Assembly (NCBI GenBank): GCA_030141605.1
Contig: JAQGDQ010000004.1
Span: 1,178,001 to 1,242,000, forward strand
Length of the DNA stretch: 64,000 bases
Source of the DNA: Tubiluchus corallicola
Taxonomy: Eukaryota; Animalia; Priapulida
Direction of reading: 5' to 3'
Part shown: in pieces, positions 24,201 to 35,900 of the stretch
Position numbering within the stretch: the stretch's first letter is position 1
Layout of the letters: every line of letters begins with the position of its first letter
Program-made: the position numbers and the translations under genes
Notes under the pieces: model-generated
The model's database searches: none
Seen by the model: only the letters and a program-made list of their open reading frames with translations
Told to the model about the DNA's origin: nothing

Positions 24201-27200
24201 TTACTTTGTAATAACAACAGAGAAAATCGGCGAACAATCTTACAAATGTCAGTTTGGCAAGAGTGGTTGTTTGCAATGACGTATATTTTTCCGACAACAC
24301 CAGAAGAACATAAAGTAGCTGATATGGTTTTCTCATTATTTCGAATGTTGTTACATCACGCAATAAAATATGAATATGGTGGCTGGAGAGTTTGGGTAGA
24401 TACTCTTGCAATCGTTCACTCGAAAGTTTCATATGAAGAGTTTAAATTACAGATGAATCAGCGGTATCGACAGTATGAACAACAGAGAGTAGAAAATCTT
24501 AGTGATCCTAAAGAACTGGTTTATAAACCAATAAGCACTATTTCTGGCATTAGTGACTATACACAAAGTTATGGTTCTAATGGAGAGAAACTACCAAGTG
24601 GAGATGTTACCGTCGAAGCAGATGTAGAACATGTGGTGAGAGGGTTGATCGATAGGGTTGTGAGTCATATAAATACAAGCAGCTTAGAAGCGGTACAATA
24701 TGAAGCTGACAAAGCGGAACGTCAAGAATGTGTTCAAGCTTCATCTACATATGATGGATTTCCGGAACAGGCCATCAAAACGGTTCTTAGTAAGTCCACT
24801 GACAGAGAGGAAAATAAAAGCAGTGCCTTTAGCTTAAATCCTTCGGTCAGTGAAGATGCTACACCTCAGCATTCCAAAGGGAAACACATATTTGAAGCAA
24901 GCAGAGTGAGACCTCCATTCAGAATTCCGGAATTTAAATGGTCTCCCATTCATCAGCGATTGTTATCGGACTTGTTATTTTCTTCTGAAACAGACCTGCA
25001 GGTATGGAGAAGTCACACAACAAAAACAGTTATCGAGTTTGTTAATTCAAGTGAAAATCATGTTTTTGTCCAAAATGCTGTTCATATGGTGTCTCAGTTG
25101 TGTGATAATCTCATCACTGCATGTGGAGGATTGTTACCATTGCTTGCTTCAGCTACCTCTCCAACTAATGAAGTAGACGTTATCGAGCCAACTCAGGGTA
25201 TGTCTATTGAGTCGGCCGTGTCATTTTTGACTCGTTTGATGAATATGGTTGATATCCTTGTTTTTGCAAGTTCATTAAGTTTTTCTGAATTAGAGCATGA
25301 GAAGAATATAGCAAGCGGTGGAATTTTACGACAGTGCTTAAGATTGGCTTGCACTTGTGCAGTGAGAAATTGCTTGGAATGTCGTCAAAGAATCCGTTCT
25401 CGTAGTGGTTCTACAGGACCCCCATCCCCACAGCCTAATCAGGAAAATGTAGATCCTATACATTCTCTCATTGGCGGCGCTCAACCGTCTGCTAAAAATA
25501 TTGTAGACCATCTTGGCAGTCAAAACTGTCCTATTAAGGATACTGAGAAACTTCTGCAAGACTTGGACATAAGTCGATTACGTGCAGTTGTATATCGCAA
25601 TGTAGAAGATAGTAAAGCATCACAATATTTAGCTCTGGCCATTGTCTATTTTGTGTCTGTATTGATGGTGTCTAAATACAGGGATATCCTTGAACCACCT
25701 GGAATTGTGAGAACACCAAAGTCAGATAATAGTCACTCGTCTGTTTTGAAAGATGTTGCATCTGATAAGAGCAAAGAAAGCAGTCTTGTCAATTCGCATG
25801 TCAATGCATCTCATGATGGTGCTGATTCTGGGGTGTTAGCACATATGTCTAATGCACATAGCATTACTGTTGCAAAATTGCCAGAATCAGTAGTGGAAGT
25901 TACTGCAGTCATTCACGAGACTAATAATAAGAATAAGCCAAAATACAGTGTTGAGGAAAATGAAGTAGGGAATAAACTAGAACAAATTGAGAGCTACACT
26001 GAATCAGAAGTACATGAACATATCAGTGACTATAACATGAAAACTCCGGCTGCAATCAATGGTGCAGGTGTGAATGAGTTGGAATTAAAACATAAATCAA
26101 ACAGTGAGTTGCTGATACACAAGAGTGACCTTGAAGAAGAAAAAGCTGCTCATAGTTTACAGAAGGGCGAAATAGGCATTGACCCAGGTGTCGCATCAGT
26201 GTCTGGAATTGGACAGAACACAAAAGGTGTCTCTGCCATTCACAAAGAAATAAATGATAATACTGATCACCACACATCTGCCAAGTCAGAAACAGAAAAT
26301 GATACTGGTAAAAGTGTTGAATCGCAGAGAATTGATGATACACCAGTTGCTTCCATTAGTGTTGGAAGACAAGAAAATCTAAGCAGTGCTGTGGATAAAT
26401 CACAATTGGAGGAGCTGTCTTTTGCAACTTGGGACACCGTTTCAAATCAACAAGCAGATAATCTTACTGACAAACTAGAGAAGGCTCTTGGTACAGCAGC
26501 ACCGTTATTGCGAGAACTGATGATCGACTTTGCTCCTTATCTGTCAAAAACTCTGCTTGGATCTCATGGGCAAGAACTTTTAGTTGCTGGTAAAGGTTTA
26601 TCTACTATGAAGTCAAGCACATCTGTTGTGGAACTAGTCATGTTACTGTGTAGCCAAGAATGGCAAAATTCTTTGCAAAAACATGCTGGTTTGGCTTTTA
26701 TTGAACTGATAAATGAGGGGCGACTCTTGTCACATGCGATGAAAGATCATATAGTCAGAGTAGCTAATGAAGCAGAATTTATATTAAACAGGATGAGAGC
26801 TGATGATGTTGTGAAACATGCAGTATTCGAGTCACAGAGTGCTCAGGCAACATTGGAAAGAAAAGAAGAAGAACACTTATGTGATCATTTAGTGACAGCA
26901 GCTCGTCACCGTGATAATTATATTGCAAGCCGAAATTTGGAAAAGATTGGTAACATTTTGACAGACACGCATGGTGCTTGGGGCAAGCAAGAAATAAAAA
27001 AACCAGACTTTTGGAAGTTGGATACATGGGAAGATGATTTTAGACGTCGAAAAAGGCTTGCTCGGAATCCTTTTGGTACCACTCATCCTGAAGCTTCACT
27101 GAAAGCAGCTGTAGAACAAGGAAACAGTGACAGTTATATTACTCAAGCTAAGGAAGCACTATTTGCTCAAATGATAAACAGTGATGCTTCTGCGACGCAA

Positions 27201-29696
27201 GAGGTAGCAGATTTTTCAGATGATGGTGACTTTTCGGCAGTAGATGAACGTGAATTTATGGAGCAGGAACAGTTTGGTCCTGTGTCATTTAGTACAGATG
27301 CTAAACTGGTATCATTTGGCATTGCTGTGAAGGGAACTTTGTCTATCACTAGATGTGAAATGTTTTTTGAAATCAGTGAGAGTGATCCACATAATAAACA
27401 GCTTGATACTGATGTGCTAGCATACTGTGAGAGTCTTCATGGTAAATGGCATTTTTCTGAAATTCGGGCTATATTTTCGAGGCGATACCTTCTCCAAAAT
27501 GTGGGACTAGAAATTTTTTTAGCCAGCAGGACATCTGTTTTCTTTTCTTTTCCAGACTATACTATTGTTAAAAAAGTTGTGAATGCATTGCCAAGAGTGG
27601 GCGTTGGAGTGAAATATGGTATTCCACAGGCTAGGCGCTCTTCTTTGATGTCACCTCGGCAGTTACTGAAATCGTCTAACATGACTCAAAAATGGCAAAG
27701 ACGAGAAATCAGTAACTTTGAATATCTTATCTATCTTAATACCATTGCTGGCAGAACGTACCAGGATTTAAATCAGTATCCTGTTTTTCCATGGGTCATT
27801 ACAAACTATGAGTCGGAGGAATTAGACCTTGGTGATCCTAATAACTATCGTGACTTGTCAAAGCCTGTTGGTGCTCTTAATGAAGAGCGGCGCTCATTTT
27901 TTCAAGAGAGATACGAATCATGGGAGCACGACCAAGTACCTGCATTTCATTATGGTACTCATTATTCAACTGCAGCATTTACCCTCAATTGGCTTATTAG
28001 ACTTGAACCATTCACTACGGCTTTCCTGAATTTTCAAGGTGGCAGTTTTGATTTTGCTGACAGGGTATTTTCTTCTGTGAAAATTGCATGGCAAAATTGT
28101 CAACGTGATACCTCTGATGTAAAAGAATTAATTCCAGAATTCTTTTATTTGCCAGAAATGTTCCTTAACTTGAATAAATACAATTTAGGCACTCAAGATG
28201 ATGGAAAACTAGTAAATGATGTAGAGCTACCTCCTTGGGCTTCTTCTGCTGAAGACTTTGTGAAGAAAAATCGCATGGCGTTAGAGTCCGAATTTGTATC
28301 CTGCCAGTTACATCACTGGATTGACTTGATATTTGGTTATAAGCAGAAAGGCCCAGAAGCTGTTCGAGCAACAAATGTTTTTTATTATCTCACATATGAG
28401 GGTAGTATAAACTTGGAAGATATGACTGATGCAATACTGAAGCAGGCAATTGAAGGACAAATTAGGAACTTTGGCCAGACCCCATGTCAACTGTTAACTG
28501 AACCGCACCCACCACGTAGTTCAGCCATGCATATGACACCCATGATGTTTACTCAAATACCAGAAGATGTTTGCATGATGATGAAATTCTTGTCTAATTC
28601 TCCTATTTGCCACCTGTCATGCAATACACACAACACCTTGCCCCATCCGTCCGTCATAAGCATTAGTTGCAAGCAAGAATTTGCAGTCAACAAATGGAAT
28701 ATAAACTATGTGCCAAAATTTTCTGGAACTGTGCCCAGTCCAGCTACATTTAACCCAGAAAATAAAGATCCCAAGGCGCAAGAGCCACCACAGCTGCCGT
28801 TATTTATTGATCCTGTGTTGTCTGTTCCTGCTGCGAGTTACCGACGGAGTCTGGGTAATAATTTTGATCAAAGATTGCAGATGCGATCCAATTGTTTTGT
28901 CACAACTATCGACAGCAGATTTATTATTGCATGTGGATTCTGGGATAAAAGCTTCCGTGTGTTCAGCATTGAGCAGGCAAAGATCGTTCAAACCGTGTAT
29001 GGTCACTTCGACATTGTTACATGCATTGCTCGATCTGAATGTAATATCACGTCTGACTGTTACATAGCAACAGGCTCCATGGATGCAACTGTTTTATTAT
29101 GGCACTGGAATGCTAAATTGCAGTGCATTGTAGGAGATAACAACATAGCTAGTGAATCTCCAATGCCTAGAGCAACATTAACAGGACATGACCAACTGGT
29201 AACATGTGTTGTGGTTTCAGCTGAACTTGGTGTAGTTGCTAGCTGTTCTAGAGATGGGCCAAGCTTGATTCACACAGTTAATGGCGAATTACTGCGGTCA
29301 CTTGAAGCACCGTTCAACTTTGTTTCTCCGGAAATCTTAATGCTTTCTCGTGAAGGCTTACTGATAGTGAAATATAATGCTGGGAACATGAGCTCTTTTT
29401 CTATGAATGGAAGAAATTTAAAATGTGTTTCTCACAATGATGCGATTCAGTGTATGTGTCTAAGTCGAGATGGTGAGTACTTAATCACTGGAGGTAATAA
29501 AGGCATAGTAGAAGTGTGGAGAACATATGATCTTAATCTTCTGTATGCATTCCCATACTGCGATAGTGCTGTTCGCGCCGTTGCTCTGTCCATGTGTCAG
29601 AAGTATGTGTTGGCTGGAATAGCATCCGGTGCTGTAATGGTATTTCACATTGATTTTAACAAATGGCACCATGAGTTTCAAGAGAGATATAGTTAA
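21222..29696 (+). CDS. NBEA: Neurobeachin/LRBA-family BEACH-domain protein (rugose/SEL-2 type), 2824 aa, single-exon CDS
   Basis: Uninterrupted ORF. Conserved N-terminus [15 protein letters not shown] (from about 21780); ConA/LamG-like domain (PDAFFNFPG...GWTFSSWFR); DUF1088-like [36 protein letters not shown]; PH domain (about 27275-27595); BEACH domain ([12 protein letters not shown]...YGTHYS...ELIPEFF...FGQTP, about 27670-28515); C-terminal WD40 repeats. It cannot be assigned to vertebrate NBEA versus LRBA and is probably their pro-orthologue. Confidence 0.97.
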   Translation: MSEAPTELEQTVGSSQKPILISDRPSVPDHFDDTPLEAEDMATEVAKVEQEVSESLNPEKTAYVLEKQEHVVDASLEVGQAAAAASEKVTIASVSPESLHLSAGPEEIVEDAATTKKLIEASAQPEQVSNTSAKSKDIAEKSACLEQVEIPAVSSNLQQGANTPLKPEHVAAVTSTEEVLMMNQNDQLKFAVLISLVEVGEVSHKDVMNTILQLLVGGQFDFESNFIIQDPENVTRLLELLDHCPASLQAEVWTLFIGIVKKSVRNLQACVDVGLIEKSLERLRTADAAVAALLVELIGVLASYSISVKELKKLFGCFKANKKKWPKYTSKLLQVLKHMPQRHGPDAFFNFPGTLGSCIALPPISKFPYQLGWTFSSWFRLDPINNAAQETDKPYLYCFRTSKGIGYSAHFVGNCLVLTASKLKDRGFQHCVKYEFQPRKWYHLAVVHIYNRWTKNEVKCFVNGQLASYTEMAWSVTVNEVLDKCYLGATPEHDKQRTFCGQLSAVYLFCEALNAYQICAMHKLGPGYVGQYRFENESKVSLSDNLKRVLYDGKLSSTIAYMYSPVNCDGQLCLQSAPRGAPSVFLHNAHAMMVQDVKSIITHSIHSVLHSIGGIQVILPLFDQLDCVQEGISGEKETVDFEICSTLLEFICDLMENSAVVQQQMLQNKGFLLISYMLQKASREHISEAVLDSFLRMAKFLVVLPQGALLLKQLLDHILFNPVLWIYSSVDVQRKLYTYLSMEFAADTAIYTSIRRVSAVLQMMHTLKHYYWVVNPTNRSGIIPKGIDSARPCTEDVLMIRSYMLLFVKQLVLKGPGIQEEELQSILNYLTTIHEDENLQDVLHLLVELMGEQPSNMIPAFDKKNGIQTILKLLASQNEIIRIQALKLLGYFLTRSTAKRKHDVMHPHNLFTLVGNRLLLHTDRLSLPIYNTLYEILIERMNSQVITGRHAEPESHYRLENPVILKVMSNLIKQSKQVPETLELKRLFLSDMTLLCNNNRENRRTILQMSVWQEWLFAMTYIFPTTPEEHKVADMVFSLFRMLLHHAIKYEYGGWRVWVDTLAIVHSKVSYEEFKLQMNQRYRQYEQQRVENLSDPKELVYKPISTISGISDYTQSYGSNGEKLPSGDVTVEADVEHVVRGLIDRVVSHINTSSLEAVQYEADKAERQECVQASSTYDGFPEQAIKTVLSKSTDREENKSSAFSLNPSVSEDATPQHSKGKHIFEASRVRPPFRIPEFKWSPIHQRLLSDLLFSSETDLQVWRSHTTKTVIEFVNSSENHVFVQNAVHMVSQLCDNLITACGGLLPLLASATSPTNEVDVIEPTQGMSIESAVSFLTRLMNMVDILVFASSLSFSELEHEKNIASGGILRQCLRLACTCAVRNCLECRQRIRSRSGSTGPPSPQPNQENVDPIHSLIGGAQPSAKNIVDHLGSQNCPIKDTEKLLQDLDISRLRAVVYRNVEDSKASQYLALAIVYFVSVLMVSKYRDILEPPGIVRTPKSDNSHSSVLKDVASDKSKESSLVNSHVNASHDGADSGVLAHMSNAHSITVAKLPESVVEVTAVIHETNNKNKPKYSVEENEVGNKLEQIESYTESEVHEHISDYNMKTPAAINGAGVNELELKHKSNSELLIHKSDLEEEKAAHSLQKGEIGIDPGVASVSGIGQNTKGVSAIHKEINDNTDHHTSAKSETENDTGKSVESQRIDDTPVASISVGRQENLSSAVDKSQLEELSFATWDTVSNQQADNLTDKLEKALGTAAPLLRELMIDFAPYLSKTLLGSHGQELLVAGKGLSTMKSSTSVVELVMLLCSQEWQNSLQKHAGLAFIELINEGRLLSHAMKDHIVRVANEAEFILNRMRADDVVKHAVFESQSAQATLERKEEEHLCDHLVTAARHRDNYIASRNLEKIGNILTDTHGAWGKQEIKKPDFWKLDTWEDDFRRRKRLARNPFGTTHPEASLKAAVEQGNSDSYITQAKEALFAQMINSDASATQEVADFSDDGDFSAVDEREFMEQEQFGPVSFSTDAKLVSFGIAVKGTLSITRCEMFFEISESDPHNKQLDTDVLAYCESLHGKWHFSEIRAIFSRRYLLQNVGLEIFLASRTSVFFSFPDYTIVKKVVNALPRVGVGVKYGIPQARRSSLMSPRQLLKSSNMTQKWQRREISNFEYLIYLNTIAGRTYQDLNQYPVFPWVITNYESEELDLGDPNNYRDLSKPVGALNEERRSFFQERYESWEHDQVPAFHYGTHYSTAAFTLNWLIRLEPFTTAFLNFQGGSFDFADRVFSSVKIAWQNCQRDTSDVKELIPEFFYLPEMFLNLNKYNLGTQDDGKLVNDVELPPWASSAEDFVKKNRMALESEFVSCQLHHWIDLIFGYKQKGPEAVRATNVFYYLTYEGSINLEDMTDAILKQAIEGQIRNFGQTPCQLLTEPHPPRSSAMHMTPMMFTQIPEDVCMMMKFLSNSPICHLSCNTHNTLPHPSVISISCKQEFAVNKWNINYVPKFSGTVPSPATFNPENKDPKAQEPPQLPLFIDPVLSVPAASYRRSLGNNFDQRLQMRSNCFVTTIDSRFIIACGFWDKSFRVFSIEQAKIVQTVYGHFDIVTCIARSECNITSDCYIATGSMDATVLLWHWNAKLQCIVGDNNIASESPMPRATLTGHDQLVTCVVVSAELGVVASCSRDGPSLIHTVNGELLRSLEAPFNFVSPEILMLSREGLLIVKYNAGNMSSFSMNGRNLKCVSHNDAIQCMCLSRDGEYLITGGNKGIVEVWRTYDLNLLYAFPYCDSAVRAVALSMCQKYVLAGIASGAVMVFHIDFNKWHHEFQERYS

Positions 29697-31937
29697 ATTT
29701 AGTAGTCTGAATTTAGTGTGTCCTTTTGGGTTAGCAAGGTGTTTCAAATTCCAATAAGTAATTGCTAATAACTAATAAATGCTAAAAATCAATTATAAAA
29801 AGCCGTCCTATGCTGTGCTGTTAGGGGTAAATGACTAAAAATTTGTGTTATGGATTTAGTCCTCTAGAGCATAGATTTTATAAATAATTTTTGAGTTAAC
29901 CAATATGTAGCATTTTTTAACTTACACTGTTTCTGATAACGTAAATGACATGCAAATTACATGTACTGGCTTACCTTGCACAGTTAATTCACTATTAATT
30001 TTGTGTGTATTTAAAATAATTTATGTATACATTACTTTAAAATATTGATTTTCTTTTTTAATCATGCCTTGAAAATACATTATGTTTATTAATAATAATA
30101 GTAATTCTAAAATGTTTACCAAGTGAATTTATGTATACTTAATACTATCGTCATAAGCAATTGAAATCTGCCATGTTACTAGTGATATATATCACTGGTA
30201 TTATTGTGATTTAGTTTTCTAATGGTTTTGTAATTGGCGTAGCTTGCTGTTTTTTAGTAGCTACTACATAACTAGATATAAGGCTAAGTGCACTACTGTA
30301 ACTTCTAATACTATTATTGCGCGTATGTGTTACCTACACATCTATTTCAGTTTCAAAACTCAGTGAAACTTGCATTAGGCAAATTTTAACACATACCTAA
30401 TTCTGTTGTAATTGATTGTGCGATATTATTTACTATATTATAAAAAAGAGATGTATCCAGTTTCCTAAGTAATTTGGTTTTAAACTAGACTGGAAATTGT
30501 GGATGTAGACAGTAGACACATTTGTTTATGAGGAACTGCACTCTCCTTATTGAACAAGAGTGTAATAAAATTCTTTGGTATCCATTACCTCTCTGAATTC
30601 AGCTAAAAGCGTTAAAGATATAATACCCAGCAATAGCTGAATGGCATAATGTCAATAAGTCATTATATAATCTTGTTGATACTTGAGCAGTGTAAACAGA
30701 AAAGCGGTCCACTCTGTAATGGAAATGCGAGACACTAGTTTACAAACAGAATTAACGTGCCTTATATTTTAGAATAGCTAGAGCAAAGCATATACATACA
30801 CTATATATAATAACAATATAATAAATGAGTTAAAACTGTTCTGTTTTGGAATACCAAACAGTCCCAAACTATTAGTTGCAGCCTGTTAGTTCTTTTATTT
30901 TTTGCAGAACTTTTCATGTAACAACAATGTGCACTATTTCAGATACATTTTATTTCTTTTGTTCCTCTACTTGGTCTATCGAATAATTAAATTGTTAATG
31001 ATACTTTGTGATAGCAGATAAATGTGTGAAGTGCGTCTTATTATTGTAACAGTTCACTAGTCTAATGTCCTATTCTAATTTGATGTGGCAGTTTAGTGAT
31101 AGCTGCAAGTTTATTATCTGCAAATTTCATTTCATACAAGTGAACTTACTTTTTTACAAGACAATTTCTTTGTTATTATTATGTATCTGAGAAACTTTTG
31201 CCTTTGTGCTGCTTAATAATAATAGTTTTGGTATCTGTTAGGTAGTAGTACATTATATAAGCTCATTCTTACTGATTTGACTTAAACATTTTAGTTTTCT
31301 TCACTGATACAAATTCAGCATGTAATTTTGCAAAAAAAGTTTAACATGAAAACTATGAACAACTTTTTTGTAGAGCTTTGTTTTTGCAATGTTTTTGCAA
31401 TGCCTTTCTTCTGTATCGATTCATTATAATCTTGCCATAATTTCACTGGTTTGTGAACAGTTTCTGGGATTTTTTTAGACAAACCGACTGGTAAACAATT
31501 CATTTAGGCCTACAAACACCACTAAACCAAGATTTATAGAATATTTGAAGAGCATAATACTGTATTCTGATAGCTTACTTGGCATTAGTTCTGTTTTGTG
31601 CTTTCTGGATAGAAAAGTTTATCAATACAGTTGGTGTGGTCATGGTGTTAATTTTGTTGATAATTGTGTAGACAAAAGATGTATCTCGTTGCAGTGATTT
31701 TACAGTTTTTTGCAGTTTATCAGTATCTGTAAGTATAATCAATTTTTTGTGTTGTGTAATGATTGCCCGAGTGCATTGTTTTACTTTTTGAAAACCTAAT
31801 GTGAATTGTTACTTATATCTAGTTATAAATGTTATTCAGTTATCACTCTATGTTTTCAAATTATCACTGAACCATTCCACATAGATAGTGCATTACGAAA
31901 TATGAATCACTTGTGATTAATGTTATAAATATCTGAT

Positions 31938-31943
31938 AATAAA
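31938..31943 (+). terminator. Candidate distal poly(A) signal of neurobeachin
   Basis: AATAAA at the end of a roughly 2.2-kb U-rich 3' UTR-like stretch. More proximal AATAAA hexamers also occur near 29775 and 30564. Confidence 0.4.
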
Positions 31944-32072
31944 GTTAATAATAATAATTATTATTATTTTAATTGCTGATCTTTACTTAACTAAAAATTC
32001 ATTGTAATGAAAAAATTTCAAAGACTTAACCCCCTGTGTAAAAACACATGTGTCATTGTAACTTCCTATACA

Positions 32073-32078
32073 TTTATT
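32073..32078 (-). terminator. Candidate poly(A) signal of the ML-domain gene
   Basis: TTTATT on plus (AATAAA on minus), about 870 nt past the ML stop codon. Confidence 0.35.
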
Positions 32079-32946
32079 CATTTTAGATAAAAACACATTA
32101 CAGATATGGAAATGCCAATTTCTCTACCTATGTAGATAAGAACTGTACAATAAAAACTTGTGTATTATTGACATTACATGTATTCAAGAAACAGCACTAT
32201 CGTAGAGTCTACTGAATGATGCATTTTTGATACATTTACCAACTTAGGCTTGTCAGTAAAACCTTTAAGACAATTTTTATGGTTTTAGCACAATTCTTAA
32301 CTTTTGATACACTAATACGATCAATACACTAACACAATCTTTGTTCATACAACCTCTGAATTACCAACTGTAGCTATACAAATTTACGTACTCCATACAA
32401 AATTATCCTTAAATATTACTTGATTAGCCAATAAAGATGGAAAAATTGGATATAATGTTTAAGTTGTATTAATCAACTTCCAGTCACTTGGATGCAACAG
32501 TGCCTGATAAAACTCCATGCAGCAGAGCAGTAATTATTAATATTCACTTGCACTTGTGCTTATTCTGTGCATTGCTATGTGTGTCACGCAACATCAAAGT
32601 TCAAGTTTTTAAATTACTTAGTTTATAAATTTCTGCAGTAGAAGTCTGTCACTAATGCAGTGGAAATTGCAGGGGAAAGTATTGACTTATTGATAAGTGC
32701 TTGTACTTTAATACAGTAAACTGTATATGTACATTGCCAGAGCAATTATAAGCTATACATTCACTGTACACCACAAACCTGTGTGGCAGTAACAAAAGTT
32801 TAGCAGTCAAACTAGTAATATAATATTTGTTATTAAACTTATGCTCCATTAATATAACGCATCTGACAAAAGGAGATATACTTCCTTTCATGACAGTCTT
32901 TTAAAAGCAGTATAATTTAAATGCAATATCCTAGAGATCTTTTCCA

Positions 32947-35900
32947 TTAAAACCAAAAATCAGCATAACCACAACCAATTACAACATCATCCTGGTCTTT
33001 CAGCCATGCTTTACAACTGTATTGACCCTGAAATGCATATTAAAAATAAATAATTACATAGATAATTGTCTATACTGCTTGAAAGTGATGTAAAACAATC
33101 AGCATCTATGAGAGTCTACTGGTAATGTTTGAGATTAGGCTTTAAAATCGAGAGTGGATCTGGAGTAACTAGTACCCATGTGTGAGACCCTAATCTATAG
33201 TCTACATATGTGCGAGACCCTAATAATGTGAATATAAAATATTTTTGTTTTAAAATGTTTCAACTCTTAATGTTAGACTATTAATATACTGTTATGGTAC
33301 ATGAAACAGGTATACGAAAGGCAGAATTAGCTTTGCAATTGTCTAATGCAAACTGAGAGTTGCACTTAACTGGATGTTCATTTCTGCTGACAATGGTGTT
33401 CATTGATCAAACAAACTGACAGCAATTTTCAATGCATCATAATCATTATCAAGTCTGCAAACTAATATTGACCTGATCCTGAATTTTACTACATCTGGTT
33501 AACGCGCATGCAAATTCCATTTACTAGTAGCATTTGCTAGTAGGAATCGTGTAACACTCTTTCTGCTTCTCACCATTTCATTCTTTTAAAATTTTCAGGT
33601 GACCACCAGTTTGTAATTACAAATTCTTAGCTGTTTGTATTCACATCCCTCCTAATGAGAGACACAATTAACAAACTACTAAGGTTGAAACTTTAATGAG
33701 ACCGATGAACTAGAGCAATAGTCTCATTCATAAGGTGGTCGAGACAAGCACATGATGTGCTAGCTTAATTTCTTGAGAACTACTGATTGTCATAAACTGC
33801 AAACTGATATTTTGCAAAATTGTAAAGGTAATTAATGTGAAAACGTTTTTACTTTTTACCTTGGGAATATACGCAGGTATTTTGATTGTCCCTTCAATGT
33901 GGTTGAATCCTGCCTTGTATGGACAATGTATCACCTCCTCATCTACTGTGCAGAGGTCAAAACGATTACTATACAGATCTTGTCCATTGTACTTCACTTC
34001 AATAAACATTGTGCCATCTTCCACTTCATTCTCTGCAAGTACAGAGTTGTTACCTTCAGACTTCATTAAACGCTAATTTTTTATGACTAGTCATTTATAA
34101 TGACTTACAAATCGTTTACCCTGGGAATCATAATATCTATGACCTATCTAGCTACTGCCCACTAAGTCTCGTAGGTAGACATTAGGCAAATAGTTTCATA
34201 CTGCCTGTTTTATGTAAAAACATTTTTATATTCCACTTGTCGCATAGGCTCATGAAGACTTTAAAGTTAAACGTTTATAAATCTAAATCATTATAATTTA
34301 TGAAAAATTTTGCAGTAGTGTAAATATGCCTTTTTATATTTGTGAATGTTAAAATTATACATGTAGTAAGACTTGGTGCACAGTATCCATTAGACTGGAA
34401 AAGTGTACCTTCACCTCATAACTGGTTACTAATACTTCACTCTGTTAGCTGCTCATTTACAGAACAATGTCTACAGAGTCGAATAGAATAAACTGCCAAA
34501 AATATTGTTTGGATAATGGGCAAATGGTAACACTTTGTATTTTAACTACATGAGCTACATATGACTTCAACATTAATTTATCAACGGGAATAAGCCCAAA
34601 CAAAGACAAAACTTTTATTGCATGGCATGGCTTTCACATAAGCTTACAAGCCTGAGCCGATTAGATATACAATAATCAACAAAAAAATTGAGTTGTCCTA
34701 TGACAACTTCAGAGGTGATGTTGAACTTATCAGGTGACAGCATTACCAACTAACACCAACCAGCAGTTAATATTTTTGACAGCCGGGATATCTGGTAATA
34801 TTTCATCGAGGTGTGAAAAGTAAAGGAATACATGCATGAGTTAAAAACGCACAGCCATTGCTGTATTTGAGCTCAATGTCAGTCCTTGACTCTTTGACCA
34901 ATGATGATCTTGCAGATACATTTATTTGTGCACAAATGTCAACACTGTCTGACTGCCAGCAAGATAAAATTTCACTCAGTTATCGTTTTTGACACTTGCT
35001 TATGTATGGCGATAATAAAATGACATCTTTATATAATGTGCAAATATTAAAGTATGGCGACCCTTGTTAGGCCAACATTTTCAATTCAATGCAAGCATGG
35101 GACCAAAAAAAGAGTAAGAGCAGACTGATGTGCATAGTATTATGTCTACATTACATAATTACGAACGTTAAACTCGTCTATTAGATTTAGAATAGCAATT
35201 TTTAATCCGCAGACAAATTGTAAGAGAATCGTAATTTTGCTCGACATCAAGTCATAACGTAGAATATACATGTACCCAAAAGCTACAGTACCTAGTGTAA
35301 CAAAATTTGCAAGGTAGACACCTGGCGTAGGGGCTCAGACAAAAGTATGATTAAAGAAAGCTGGGCTCTTAAGTTTAAGAGCCCAAAATAGAAGCCAAAA
35401 TGTGAAAATTTGGGCAACTTGCTCAGTGACATGTGAGGAAAACAAAACGTTACAGGCATAGTCAAGTGATAGTTAGTCATGAACACCGGTCATTCACATG
35501 AGCGTAATAATATACAGTTTTCGATATGAGTAGATCATACTGAACCAAGCTTAGTCAAGCGACTTTCAAAGCAAAGCTTACACTATGCAACATTCAACTT
35601 TTCCTGTCACCTTCAACTGGCTTCTGTAGAAAGCCTTGGCCTCTAAGTTAGGCAACAAAAATTTGAAATTAAACCTAGAGTGCTAACCTGTTTTCTGTAC
35701 ATATATTACAAATAATTTGCAACTGCAGAAAATTATTTTTGCTTCCCATTTGTTTAGTTACCCTCGTTTGAAAAATGAGATGATGAGAAACTCATTTCTC
35801 TAGTTACCCTTAACGAGAGGATGAGGAACTGAGATAAATCGTTTGATACCTTAAATGTTCAGAAATTATCAAAATTGAGGCTAAAATGGCACAAATCATA

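Noticed and set aside
21280-29747. Many short antisense and alternate-frame ORFs over neurobeachin
   Set aside because: These are shadows of the long coding frame with no recognisable protein features.
34740-34980. Minus-strand peptide DIELKYSNG resembling FIEVKYNG of ML exon 3
   Set aside because: No DLC or CP at the right spacing, no phase-compatible exon, and an early stop. Likely chance.
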